From the IMG/VR virus record IMGVR_UViG_3300010413_000021, positions 6,649 to 70,648 of that record: a DNA stretch of 64,000 nt, one strand, 5' to 3'. Positions within the stretch are counted from its first letter, which is position 1. Each line of letters starts with the position of its first letter. Of this stretch, positions 36,725-46,273 are shown piece after piece. The position numbers and the translations under genes are program-made. The DNA comes from a virus. The notes below the pieces were generated by a model. It had not been told where the DNA came from. It saw nothing but the letters and a program-made list of their open reading frames with translations, and made no database searches.

Positions 36725-37300
36725 ATGAGAAACAAAGACAAGTTATTCGCCTTGGATGCGTTGATTGCCGCTGCCGATGATATGAATGAGGCATTGCAGT
36801 TGGATGACGATGATTTTATTGACACCAGCCTAACGGACAAGGAAATAGCAGATCAGATCAAAGCTGCTGCAAAGCTGATCTACTGGACGGACGAGCAGGC
36901 GCAGGAGAACGGAGACAATAAAGCTGATGACCGTGGGCTGCTAGAAGTTGATACCTGGAACGTCCTGAAACAGCTTGGAGTTTATCAGTGGGAGGAGGAT
37001 AAGCAGGAAGCAGAGCCGGAACCGGAACCTGCACCACAAACTAAACCCGAGAAGCAAACTAAGCCCAAACCCGCGCCCGCCAAGGACAAACCGAAAAAGA
37101 AGCCCGCCAAGTCACAAACTAAAACCAGACCTGAATCAGCAATCAATACAATCTGCTCAATGGTCTGTGCTGACCCTACCGTGACGAAAGAACAAGTAGA
37201 GAAAGAACTGAAAAGCAGGAATCAGAAAGCCAGTGAGTTTTATCTGAACATTGTATATCAGATTGCAAAACGAGTTGTAAAAATGGAGCGGGACAAGTAA
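36725..37300 (+). CDS. Hypothetical protein (acidic N-terminus, Pro/Lys linker)
   Basis: GGAGG RBS; first gene after the repeated promoter. Confidence 0.65.
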   Translation: MRNKDKLFALDALIAAADDMNEALQLDDDDFIDTSLTDKEIADQIKAAAKLIYWTDEQAQENGDNKADDRGLLEVDTWNVLKQLGVYQWEEDKQEAEPEPEPAPQTKPEKQTKPKPAPAKDKPKKKPAKSQTKTRPESAINTICSMVCADPTVTKEQVEKELKSRNQKASEFYLNIVYQIAKRVVKMERDK

Positions 37301-38415
37301 TGAAATTCACAACAAAAAAAGAGGATTTACAAGCAGAGTTAGAATTTATTCACCGTATTACTCCTAGTGGAAAAACCAGCTTAGCCATTTTGGGCAATGT
37401 ATATCTTTCGGCAGAAGAGGATGGGCTGCACTTGCTTTCCACCGATCTTGAGACAAGTTTATTTAGTGTCTGTTCCTGCAATGTGAAGGAAACAGGAAAG
37501 ACAACTGTGCCCGCAAAAAAGTTTTATGAGATAGTTAAAACCGCCCCGCCTGATGCAGAGATAGCATGTGAACTGAAGGACAACCATTTAAAAATTAACA
37601 CAGGACGAAGCCATTTTTCTATCCTTTCCCTTTCTGTTGATGATTATCCATCTGTCCTAAACTTTGATGAAGAAAAGGCAATAAAACTTCCTGCTGATAT
37701 TTTCCACAAATGTTTGCCTTTGATACTTCCGGCGATAACAGACGACGAAGCCCGATACACGGTAAGTGGGGCACAACTTTTGTTTGAAAAGGACAAGATA
37801 CGGATTGTATCAACAGACGGGCACCGGCTTTCATTGACGTTTTATCCGCATGAAATAAAAAGACTGGAAGAAAGCCTTGAGCTTATTGTGCCTAAAGTTT
37901 CTTTGTTGGAACTGAGTCGGTTAGTGAACAAAAACAAAGAGGAAACAATTTTATTCAGAAGAAAGGAAAACCACATTTCTTTTCAATGTGCTAACCGAAA
38001 AATAGTTACTATTTTATTGGAAGGCCCGTTCCCAAACTATCAGAAAGTGGTTCCAGAAAACAATCAAATAACAGTTACATTTAATCGAGAAGAGCTGTTA
38101 TCTGCAATAACACGGATTGCATTGGTTTCCTCGCGTTCGGGCGTGGTTCAGTTAGATATGGAATCAGATGCCTTGACTATCAGTGCTGAAAACCCGGAGA
38201 TTGGGGAAGGGCAGGAGCAGCTTGAAATAGAATATCAATATGAACCATTAACAATGTGTTTTAACTCTGATTACCTGATTGATTTTTTGAAAATGGCAAA
38301 GGAACAGGAGAAAGTAACAGCACAGATCAAAGATGGGGCTTCTCCTGCTTTGTTTCTTTTTGGTGATGAAGTCGAGTATGAATTTAAACACGTTATTATG
38401 CCGATGAGAAAATGA
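37300..38415 (+). CDS. dnaN: DNA polymerase III beta sliding clamp
   Basis: 371 aa; ILGNV, STDLE, VPAKKF, STDGHRL, FPNYQKV, FNSDYLID and VIMPMR motifs. Confidence 0.95.
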   Translation: MKFTTKKEDLQAELEFIHRITPSGKTSLAILGNVYLSAEEDGLHLLSTDLETSLFSVCSCNVKETGKTTVPAKKFYEIVKTAPPDAEIACELKDNHLKINTGRSHFSILSLSVDDYPSVLNFDEEKAIKLPADIFHKCLPLILPAITDDEARYTVSGAQLLFEKDKIRIVSTDGHRLSLTFYPHEIKRLEESLELIVPKVSLLELSRLVNKNKEETILFRRKENHISFQCANRKIVTILLEGPFPNYQKVVPENNQITVTFNREELLSAITRIALVSSRSGVVQLDMESDALTISAENPEIGEGQEQLEIEYQYEPLTMCFNSDYLIDFLKMAKEQEKVTAQIKDGASPALFLFGDEVEYEFKHVIMPMRK

Positions 38416-39686
38416 ATAAACCTTTTTTTCAACAGCAACTATTTACTAACACTGAATTGCCTGTAAAGAAGCGGGAAGGCTGTAAGCACTGCCGTCTTTA
38501 TCTTACTTGCAAAACACCGAAGATGCAACCGCACGGCTTGGGCAAAAGGGGAATACTGTTCATTGCCGAGGCCCCCGGCGGGGATGAGGACAAGCTTGGT
38601 TATCAGTTAGTGGGTCAAGCTGGCAAGCTGCTCAGGAACCGCTGCAAGCAGTTTGACATAGACATTGACCGGGACGCGGTGAAAGTGAACGCCGTAAATT
38701 GCAGGCCGATAGACGCCAAGGGAAACAACCGCAAGCCCACCACAAAGGAAATTGATTATTGCAGGCCGATGGTGTGGAAAGCAATCAAGGAGATGAAACC
38801 GAAGCTGATAATCCTGCTGGGCGGGGTGGCGGTTGAATCGTTCCTGGGGCACAGGTGGAAGCACGGGCCGCTGGGCGGGATCAACCGCTGGCGGGGGTGG
38901 ACGATACCTGACCGGGACGCGGGGGCGTGGGTGTGCCCGACTTTCCATCCTTCGTTTGTTAGCCGGTCAGTCAATGTTGAAGGGGTGCGGGGGCATGATG
39001 AATACACCAAACGGCAACCTGTGGTGGATGTGATTTTCCGGCAGGATTTGGAGCGGGCGTTTGATTTGTTGGATATTGCATTTCCCTATTTGCCTATATA
39101 TGACTTAGCACATGAAAAACAAAAGGTATGGCTATTTACTAAAAAACAGGATGTTATATATGAGTTGAAAAAAATATTAGATAGTGAACTGGAATTGATA
39201 GCTTTTGACTTTGAAACTACGGGACTCAAGCCCCACCGAGAGGGGCATGAAATAGTTTGTGCCTCAATAGCTACAAGAGGAGAATCAGCGGTTTCCTTTA
39301 TGATGCAGGATGAAAAAGTAAAAGAACAGTTCGCTAAAATCCTCATGTCAAACCGCATCGGCAAAATAGCCCACAACCTGCAATTCGAGGACGCATGGAG
39401 CAGGCATTTCGGTATGCCGGTAAGAAACTGGAAATGGGATAGCATGATAGCCGCTCATGTGCTGGACAACAGGCCGGGGATCACCGGGTTGAAGTTTCAG
39501 GTGTATGTAAACTTTGGCGTGGTGGATTATGATTCCCATCTTGCTCCATATCTCAGGGGCAATAAAGATGCAAACAGCTTCAACCGGATCAGGGAAGCCC
39601 CGCAGGATGAGTTGCTGACTTACTGCGGGCTGGACGCACTTTTTGAATATCGACTTGCTGAGAAGCAGATGGAGGTGATGGGATGA
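38412..39686 (+). CDS. Family-4 uracil-DNA glycosylase fused to a 3'-5' exonuclease (N-terminal part of a split SPO1-like PolA)
   Basis: CKHCRL, AEAPG, NCRP and TFHPS (UDG); AFDFETTGL, HNLQFE and YCGLDA (exonuclease). Confidence 0.88.
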   Translation: MNKPFFQQQLFTNTELPVKKREGCKHCRLYLTCKTPKMQPHGLGKRGILFIAEAPGGDEDKLGYQLVGQAGKLLRNRCKQFDIDIDRDAVKVNAVNCRPIDAKGNNRKPTTKEIDYCRPMVWKAIKEMKPKLIILLGGVAVESFLGHRWKHGPLGGINRWRGWTIPDRDAGAWVCPTFHPSFVSRSVNVEGVRGHDEYTKRQPVVDVIFRQDLERAFDLLDIAFPYLPIYDLAHEKQKVWLFTKKQDVIYELKKILDSELELIAFDFETTGLKPHREGHEIVCASIATRGESAVSFMMQDEKVKEQFAKILMSNRIGKIAHNLQFEDAWSRHFGMPVRNWKWDSMIAAHVLDNRPGITGLKFQVYVNFGVVDYDSHLAPYLRGNKDANSFNRIREAPQDELLTYCGLDALFEYRLAEKQMEVMG

Positions 39687-39841
39687 AGGAATGGGTAAAA
39701 ATGAGTTTAGTGTATAACTTTTGGTTAGTGCTGTTGGCAATAGCGATGGGGGTTGCTTATGCTAGATTGTCCTCTACCATAATTGCTATCATTGTGTATT
39801 TGCTTGGTCAAATTATTATAAATATTAGATGCATGGACTAA
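39683..39841 (+). CDS. Small membrane protein (52 aa) between the two polymerase genes
   Basis: MKEWVKMSLVYNFWLVLLAIAMGVAYARLSSTIIAIIVYLLGQIIINIRCMD; ATGA and TAATG overlaps. Confidence 0.6.
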   Translation: MKEWVKMSLVYNFWLVLLAIAMGVAYARLSSTIIAIIVYLLGQIIINIRCMD

Positions 39842-41145
39842 TGACTAACAACCCCTACCAACTGTTCCACGAAGGCGCTCAGGCGCTGGCGCGGGCAACT
39901 GCTTACGGTCTGCGGGTGGATACTAACTATTGCAGGCGGGCAGAGCGGAAGATCACCCGGCAGATAAAGCTGTTGGAGGAGCAGTTCAGCGAGACAGACA
40001 TTGCACGGGCATGGAAGAAAAAGAAAAAACCAAACTATGACAGCAACCCGCAACTGGCAGAAATACTGTTCAAGGATTTAGGTTACAAGTCAACCAAGGA
40101 AACCAGCAAGGGCAATAAGGCGGTTGATGAGGAAGCACTGAAAGCCTTGAACATTCCAGAGGTTGATATACTGCTGAGAATCCGCAAGCTGAAAAAGCTG
40201 AAAAGCACTTACCTAGGGGCGTTCATTCGGGAGACTGTTGACGGGTTTATCCATGCTAATTACCCATTGAACTTAGTTAGTAGTTTCAGGGGCAGCAGTG
40301 ACCGGCCAAACCTGACCAACGTGCCCACAAGAGACAAGGAGGCATTGAAAATATGCAGACAGGCAATCGTCCCCCGCCCCCGCCGGAGACTGGTTGTAAT
40401 TGATTACAGCGCAATGGAAGTGAAGATTATTGGTTGTGTATCCAAGGATAAGAACCTGATTAAGTATATTAAAACGCCAGGCTCTGATCCGCACCGGGAC
40501 ATTGCCGCTGAAATATTCAAGACTGAGGACGTAACTAAAGAGTTGCGGTATGCGGGGAAAAATGGCTTTAACTTCCCAACATTCTACGGAGACTTTTACA
40601 AGCACACGGCAGAGATGCTATGGAAAACGGCACAGATTGAAAAGGTGAAAATACCGGGGATAAAGACTTACAACCAGTTTGAACGGCACATTGAGCAGGT
40701 GGAATACAGGTTTAAAAACGAGAAGTTCCCCGGTCATACCAAGTGGGCAAAAGCACATATAGCAAAGTATGAGCAGACCGGGCACATTGATTTGATTACC
40801 GGGTTTCGCTGTTCCGGTGTAATGACAAAGAATCAACTGCTCAACCTGCCCATACAAGGCCCGGCTTTCCACTGCCTGCTTTGGAGCCTGATACAGCTAG
40901 ACAAGTGGCTCCGGCGCAAGCGCATGAAAACGGTTATCTGCGGGCATATTCATGATGCAATAATCTTTGACATGGATCAGGGAGAGTTGTGGGCTGTGGT
41001 GGAAAAGACCAAGCAGGTAATGTGTCAGGACATACGGGAGCATTGGCCTTGGATCATAGTTCCGCTTGCGGTTGAGGGGGAATGGTCAGCGGTAGACGGG
41101 AACTGGGCAGAGATGGAAACCATGCCAGAGGAGGCGGCGTTTTGA
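39841..41145 (+). CDS. polA: Family A DNA polymerase, polymerase domain
   Basis: SSDRPNLTNVP, motif A DYSAME, motif B RYAGKNGFNFPTFYG, NLPIQG and motif C IHDAI. Confidence 0.92.
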   Translation: MTNNPYQLFHEGAQALARATAYGLRVDTNYCRRAERKITRQIKLLEEQFSETDIARAWKKKKKPNYDSNPQLAEILFKDLGYKSTKETSKGNKAVDEEALKALNIPEVDILLRIRKLKKLKSTYLGAFIRETVDGFIHANYPLNLVSSFRGSSDRPNLTNVPTRDKEALKICRQAIVPRPRRRLVVIDYSAMEVKIIGCVSKDKNLIKYIKTPGSDPHRDIAAEIFKTEDVTKELRYAGKNGFNFPTFYGDFYKHTAEMLWKTAQIEKVKIPGIKTYNQFERHIEQVEYRFKNEKFPGHTKWAKAHIAKYEQTGHIDLITGFRCSGVMTKNQLLNLPIQGPAFHCLLWSLIQLDKWLRRKRMKTVICGHIHDAIIFDMDQGELWAVVEKTKQVMCQDIREHWPWIIVPLAVEGEWSAVDGNWAEMETMPEEAAF

Positions 41146-41318
41146 GTATCAAGAAAGATTATGATGGATACTTTACAGGCGTTTGTGATGAATGTGGGGT
41201 AGAGGAAGAAACTGGATGTGATGATTTTATGGACGCTGTTCACGAATTAAAAGCAGCGATGAACTGGAGATCAGAATTATATAAAGACAAATGGTATAAC
41301 TACTGCCCAAACTGTTAA
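41142..41318 (+). CDS. Small Zn-finger protein
   Basis: CDECG...YCPNC. Confidence 0.55.
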   Translation: MSIKKDYDGYFTGVCDECGVEEETGCDDFMDAVHELKAAMNWRSELYKDKWYNYCPNC

Positions 41319-41328
41319 AGGTGAAAAT

Positions 41329-42231
41329 ATGCCACTCCACATTGACTATCGCCCGAAAACGCTGGATGAGTTCATCGGCAACACCCAAACTGTCAATGCT
41401 CTCAAATCCTGCATGGAGCGGGATGACAAACCCCATGCCCTGCTGATGACCGGCCCCAGCGGGTGTGGCAAAACTACGCTGGCCCGCATAGTCAAGGACA
41501 TGATCGGCTGTTCTGACCATGATTACATTGAAATGGACAGTGCAAGTTTCAGAGGTATTGATACAATTCGTCAAGTTCGGCGGCAAATGTGGCTTGCTCC
41601 ATTTCAAGGAAAAAGCCGAATGTGGCTGCTGGATGAGTGCCACCAAGTAAGCAAGGATGGCCAGCACGCCATGCTTAAAATGCTTGAGGATGCCCCACAA
41701 CACGTTTTTTTCTGTTTGGCGACAACTGACCCTCAGAAGCTACTGAAAACGATTAGAAGCCGCTGCACTACGTTTGAAGTAGGGCCGTTATCCGATAAGC
41801 AGATGACAGAACTAATAACCAATGTTCTAAAAGAAGAAAGTATAAATATCAACCAAGGTGCACTAAAACTAATTATTGAACACGCGGACGGCTCACCTCG
41901 TGAAGCGTTAAAAACGTTAGATAAGATTATTGACTTGCCAGCAGAGGAAATGGCTGAGGCGATAGAGCAGTCTCAGCAGCAGGAGCGGGAAACCATTGAA
42001 CTGTGCCGGGCGCTGCTGAAGGGGGCAAAATGGGGTGATGTAACAGCTATTTTGAAAGGGCTGACCCAGGAGCCGGAGGCGGTGCGGTATGCGGTGCGGG
42101 GGTATATGAACGCGGTGCTGTTGAACAAGCCGGACAACCGGGCGGCATTGGTTATTGACTGCTTCAGGGAACTGTTTATTGACAGGGCAAGTTTGACTGC
42201 GGCTTGCTATGATGTTGTAAACCCGAAGTAA
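41329..42231 (+). CDS. dnaX: Clamp loader AAA+ subunit (DnaX gamma-like)
   Basis: YRPKTLDEFIG, GPSGCGKTT, LDECH, LKMLED, TIRSRC and GSPREAL motifs. Confidence 0.9.
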   Translation: MPLHIDYRPKTLDEFIGNTQTVNALKSCMERDDKPHALLMTGPSGCGKTTLARIVKDMIGCSDHDYIEMDSASFRGIDTIRQVRRQMWLAPFQGKSRMWLLDECHQVSKDGQHAMLKMLEDAPQHVFFCLATTDPQKLLKTIRSRCTTFEVGPLSDKQMTELITNVLKEESININQGALKLIIEHADGSPREALKTLDKIIDLPAEEMAEAIEQSQQQERETIELCRALLKGAKWGDVTAILKGLTQEPEAVRYAVRGYMNAVLLNKPDNRAALVIDCFRELFIDRASLTAACYDVVNPK

Positions 42232-42279
42232 AATAAATCAAAATAATTTTATTTTTTAGGGGTCAAATGCAGTATAATA
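42230..42279 (+). promoter_or_regulatory. Repeated promoter-like element, copy 2
   Basis: Same 29-nt core as 36648; TATAAT at 42273. Confidence 0.75.
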
Positions 42280-42378
42280 TAAATAGAAGTCCAGCGGGCG
42301 GTTCAAATCTTTCTTCTGTTTTCCAACAACTACATGCAACCGCCGCCCGCTGGCAACTAACTTTAACGGAGGATAGCA

Positions 42379-42876
42379 TTGAGCGAATTTAAAGAGGAAA
42401 TGGAAATTGACCTTGACAATCTGCATGTTGATTTTGCAGACCATCCCCTACTGCATTTGAAGTATGCTGAAAAGGCGGCTTATGCAAGCAAAGCAGCAAA
42501 ACGGGCAGCGGAGAAAAAGAAAATTATCCGTAGTGAATTGATCATGAAGGTAAACAAGAACCCCGGTCTGTTAGGCGAAGCAAAACTTAACATGCAAACA
42601 AGTGAGGCATACTATCGTTCACAACCGGAATATCAGGAAGCGGTAGAGGAATTGATTGAAGCAGAATATTTAGATGAAACATTCAAAAGCCTGATGTTTA
42701 TACTGAATGATCGTAAAGTTAGCCTTGAAAATGAAGTAAAGCTATGGTTAGGTCAGTATTATGCCGGCCCAAGGGAGCCGAAGGACACTAACATTAAACA
42801 GCTAGGCAAAGAGGAACGAAGAGACAGAATCGGAGAACGCAAAGCCAGACGGCGCAGCAAAAGGAGCGAACAGTAA
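42379..42876 (+). CDS. UvsY-like recombination mediator
   Basis: Helical 165-aa protein (EIDLDNL...HPLLHLKYAE...RKVSLENEVKL) upstream of SSB and RecA. Confidence 0.55.
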   Translation: MSEFKEEMEIDLDNLHVDFADHPLLHLKYAEKAAYASKAAKRAAEKKKIIRSELIMKVNKNPGLLGEAKLNMQTSEAYYRSQPEYQEAVEELIEAEYLDETFKSLMFILNDRKVSLENEVKLWLGQYYAGPREPKDTNIKQLGKEERRDRIGERKARRRSKRSEQ

Positions 42877-43875
42877 ATGGGAAAGAGAGACAAAGCACGG
42901 GAACGAAGGATGCAACGCAGGCGGGAAGCGCGGGAGAGCGGCAGGCGGGCACAGCGGGAGCGGGGCGGCAGTTCATATTTCCGGTTGCCTGCCGGGGTGG
43001 AAGTAGCGAAGTTTGAAAAGGGCCGGACTGAGATTGACGCCATTATGTATCCGGTTACATCAGAGCATAACCTGGGTGATAAGCGGGTGCCTGTCGGTGA
43101 GATGTGTGATTACATTCTGGTGGATGTTCACCGCAACATTGGGCAGGAGCAGAAGCGGGTTGTTTGCCTGAAAAACTTTAACAAGCCCTGCCCTATCTGT
43201 GAGGAGCGGGTGGCAAGCCGGGATGATGAGGACAAATGGAAAGCACTTGGAGTCAGTCGCAGATTCTTGATGAACATAGTAGTTGACGGCAAGGTGCAGG
43301 TGATGGAGTTCTCCGATTACAACTTCGGTCAACTGCTGGAAAAGGAAATTGATGACGGAGAGGATGACTGGATTGCATTTGCAGAGAGCGAAGGTGGTTA
43401 TACCTTGCGGGTGCGGTTTGGTGAGGACTCAATGGGTGGCAATATTACATTCCTGGTTGCCGAGCGAATCGACTTCAAGCGGCGGGAGGACATTGACGAG
43501 TCTCTGCTTGAGCAGGCGGTTGACTTGGATAAGGCTCTGATTGTTTACGACTATGACAAGTTGAAAGCAATTTTTTACGGGGAGGACATTGAAGAAGAAG
43601 AGGACAACCCATTTACCAGCGAAAAGGAACCGGAAACCGAAGATGATCCTGATCCGGAACCAGAACCGGAGCCGGAATCCGAGGACATAGACTCCTGCCC
43701 TTATGATCATAATTGGGGCAAGGACTGTGATGAAACCGACGACTGCGAAGATTGCAAAGATGACAACCCTGACCATTACGACGCCTGTGCAGACGAGTTT
43801 GAACGGCTGGAAAAGGAAAAGGCCAAAGCAAAGGAAAAGAACAAAACCGGGCGGGGCAGCAGGCGCAGGAAGTAG
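42877..43875 (+). CDS. Single-stranded DNA-binding protein (T4 gp32-like)
   Basis: H...VVCLKNFNKPCPICE Zn site, RRFLMNI and acidic tail. Confidence 0.7.
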   Translation: MGKRDKARERRMQRRREARESGRRAQRERGGSSYFRLPAGVEVAKFEKGRTEIDAIMYPVTSEHNLGDKRVPVGEMCDYILVDVHRNIGQEQKRVVCLKNFNKPCPICEERVASRDDEDKWKALGVSRRFLMNIVVDGKVQVMEFSDYNFGQLLEKEIDDGEDDWIAFAESEGGYTLRVRFGEDSMGGNITFLVAERIDFKRREDIDESLLEQAVDLDKALIVYDYDKLKAIFYGEDIEEEEDNPFTSEKEPETEDDPDPEPEPEPESEDIDSCPYDHNWGKDCDETDDCEDCKDDNPDHYDACADEFERLEKEKAKAKEKNKTGRGSRRRK

Positions 43876-44106
43876 GTGATTTATATGCCCAAAAGAACAC
43901 AACTAATAACGCCAAAACAGGCGGCACAGATAGCACAGGAGCAGGGCATCAATATCAGCGTGATGACTGTTTACAAATGGATCAAAGATTATGATCTTGG
44001 TTATCAAATAGGCGGTTCCGGCAAGTGGTTCATTTACGTTGACAAGTATCTGAAGTTCCTGGCCGGTGAGGGGGTTGGAAGTGCCAAGAGGAAAAGCAAA
44101 AACTAA
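43876..44106 (+). CDS. HTH DNA-binding protein (excisionase/MerR-like)
   Basis: ITPKQAA...SVMTVYKWIK...GKWFI. Confidence 0.65.
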   Translation: MIYMPKRTQLITPKQAAQIAQEQGINISVMTVYKWIKDYDLGYQIGGSGKWFIYVDKYLKFLAGEGVGSAKRKSKN

Positions 44107-45169
44107 ACTAAGTGAGACAGCGGAGCAGGTTCGCTCTCACGCCAGGAGTCCGGTGGAGAGGTCTGTTGATCCCCCTGACAAATACCTTTCCACCGGCTCT
44201 ACCCTCCTCAACCTTGCCCTGTCTGACAATATTTATGGTGGCTTCGGCGTCGGCAGGATAGTGAACATTATTGGGGACAGCAGCGCGGGGAAAACATTTC
44301 TTGCGTTGACTGTGTTAGCTGAGATTGTAAACAAAAACAGTGGAGGTGCTACAAACCCTGAAAAACTGGATAATGACACTCGTGTTGAATACGTTTTGAG
44401 ATATGATGACGCCGAAGCCGCCGCCCACTTTGATTTCAGCAAGCTGTTTGGAACTAACTTTGTTGAACAGGTGGAAGGAATTGATGAGCAGGATGAACCA
44501 CATAAAACCGTTGAGGGCATGGAAAAGGAAATACTCAGGCTGATTAAGGATGGCTTTGCTTTTGCTTATGTTGAAGATTCACTCGACGCTCTTGATACTG
44601 AAATGGAAAAGGGTGGTTACACAGGGGCCGCTCGTGCTGCTGCTTTGAGTAATGCCTTGCGGAGGATAAACAAGGGGATTAAACAAACTTCATCCCTGTT
44701 AATCGTCGTATCGCAAACCCGCGATAACATCAACCCCCTGACCTTCACAAAGAAACGCAGAGCAGGCGGGCGGTCCCTGGAATTTTATTCCAGCCATGTG
44801 CTTTGGCTTGCGGTTGAAAAGAAGCTGAAAAAGTCTGATCGGATAATCGGTGTGCAAGTCAAAGTCAAAGTAAGTAAAAACAAGCTCACCGGCAAGGTGC
44901 GGGAAATATCGTTCCCCATCTATTACGATTATGGCATTGATGACATCGGCAGTTGTGTTGATTGGCTGGTGACTGAGAAAGCATGGAAGCAGGGCAAGCT
45001 GAAAATAGAATCAACCGGCCTGAGACTTGAACCGATGACCCGCAGCAAGCTGATAAACGCCATTGAGGAAAGGGAGCTGGAAACTAAGCTGCGAGAGATT
45101 GTGGGCCGGGAGTGGAAACGGATTGAGGACAGCTTGAAACTTAACAGGAAGGGGAAATATCATGGTTGA
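44081..45169 (+). CDS. recA: RecA/UvsX-like recombinase
   Basis: STGSTLLNLAL, GDSSAGKT, DSLDAL, SQTRD, GGRSLEFYSS, KNKL and YGID motifs. Confidence 0.9.
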   Translation: MPRGKAKTKLSETAEQVRSHARSPVERSVDPPDKYLSTGSTLLNLALSDNIYGGFGVGRIVNIIGDSSAGKTFLALTVLAEIVNKNSGGATNPEKLDNDTRVEYVLRYDDAEAAAHFDFSKLFGTNFVEQVEGIDEQDEPHKTVEGMEKEILRLIKDGFAFAYVEDSLDALDTEMEKGGYTGAARAAALSNALRRINKGIKQTSSLLIVVSQTRDNINPLTFTKKRRAGGRSLEFYSSHVLWLAVEKKLKKSDRIIGVQVKVKVSKNKLTGKVREISFPIYYDYGIDDIGSCVDWLVTEKAWKQGKLKIESTGLRLEPMTRSKLINAIEERELETKLREIVGREWKRIEDSLKLNRKGKYHG

Positions 45170-45464
45170 GGAACTGAAAATATTAGTAGAGTTTTTGCAA
45201 GGGATAGGAGCAGAAACAAAGCAGGTTATTTACTGGTATTTTGCTCTCAAAGTATTTTACTTTGTTGGTGGCTGGGGGGTTGGTTTTCTCTTTGCTCATT
45301 ATATTGTTCGCCAAGTAATAAACTATTCTATGACGTTCACTTTTTACGGCAGTTTAGCTGATATGATGGGAACATGGGCACCCCTTGACTCGTCTGAAAA
45401 ACGCAGAATGAAGAAACTGTTAGCTTTAGGGTTGAAAGCAGAAAAAGAAGAAAAGCAAATATGA
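45162..45464 (+). CDS. Membrane protein
   Basis: Hydrophobic central segment. Confidence 0.55.
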   Translation: MVEELKILVEFLQGIGAETKQVIYWYFALKVFYFVGGWGVGFLFAHYIVRQVINYSMTFTFYGSLADMMGTWAPLDSSEKRRMKKLLALGLKAEKEEKQI

Positions 45465-45817
45465 AAACCGCTAGTTGCAAAGCCAAGGCCCGCAAACTTC
45501 AGCAGCACGTCTGCCAGAAGATTGCAGACCTGCTCAACATGAAATGGGGCAAGGATGAAATGATTGCCAGCCGGGAGATGGGGCAGAGCGGAGTTGATGT
45601 GCGGCTGGTAGGCAAGGCGAGAGAACTGTTCCCATATGCGGTAGAGTGCAAGTGGCAGGAGAAGATAAATATCTGGGCAGCAATCAAACAGGCAAAGGAA
45701 AACTGTGATGAGGACTTGCCGGACTGGTTATTATTTATCAAGCGGAACAGGGAGGAGCCATACGTGATTTTGGACATGGAGTTGTTTTTCACTTTATTGA
45801 GAGAGGGGATGAAATGA
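45461..45817 (+). CDS. PD-(D/E)xK nuclease, Holliday junction resolvase-like
   Basis: KAKARKLQQ, MGQSGVDV, AVECK and KRNR motifs. Confidence 0.75.
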   Translation: MKTASCKAKARKLQQHVCQKIADLLNMKWGKDEMIASREMGQSGVDVRLVGKARELFPYAVECKWQEKINIWAAIKQAKENCDEDLPDWLLFIKRNREEPYVILDMELFFTLLREGMK

Positions 45818-46071
45818 CAGAAAAAACAAAAGAGAAAATAGGCATGTGTTTGGTTTTTTTGGTGCCCGTAGCTCTTCTTTCCTCTCTAACTACAATTTTA
45901 CCATTGCTGTCGATAGCCCAACACCAAGGAACAGACTCAACCTCTTTTTTAACTGCTATAAAAGTTTATGGAAGCCTATATTCTATTTTGGCTTTTGTCT
46001 ACGCCGGGTTTGTATTACATCATATCACGGATGGCCGCTGCTGGCCTATAAGGAGAAAGAACAATGTCTGA
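45814..46071 (+). CDS. Small membrane protein (2 TM)
   Basis: Two hydrophobic stretches. Confidence 0.55.
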   Translation: MTEKTKEKIGMCLVFLVPVALLSSLTTILPLLSIAQHQGTDSTSFLTAIKVYGSLYSILAFVYAGFVLHHITDGRCWPIRRKNNV

Positions 46072-46273
46072 AAAGTCAAATTTCCTGATAGCTACTGAGC
46101 AGTTTGTTTCGATGGTTAAAGATTTGGGTGGTGAAGCAAAGTGGGTTGTGGTAGTTTGGTTGATTCTTCAAATGTTGCAAAGCATTTTGCCTCCGTTGTT
46201 CGGAGCAATCGCTGTTCCAATTTGCTTCTATTACTTAGTCAAAGCCATCTCTGTTATATGTGGAGTAGGATAA
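46064..46273 (+). CDS. Small membrane protein
   Basis: Hydrophobic C-terminal half. Confidence 0.55.
   Translation: MSEKSNFLIATEQFVSMVKDLGGEAKWVVVVWLILQMLQSILPPLFGAIAVPICFYYLVKAISVICGVG

Noticed and set aside
39687-39840. Intron or intein in the DNA polymerase
   Set aside because: Short, occupied by a coupled hydrophobic ORF, and lacking group I/II or intein motifs.
43876-44106. Excisionase implying a temperate lifestyle
   Set aside because: No integrase, repressor or att site was recognised in the window; it is a generic HTH.
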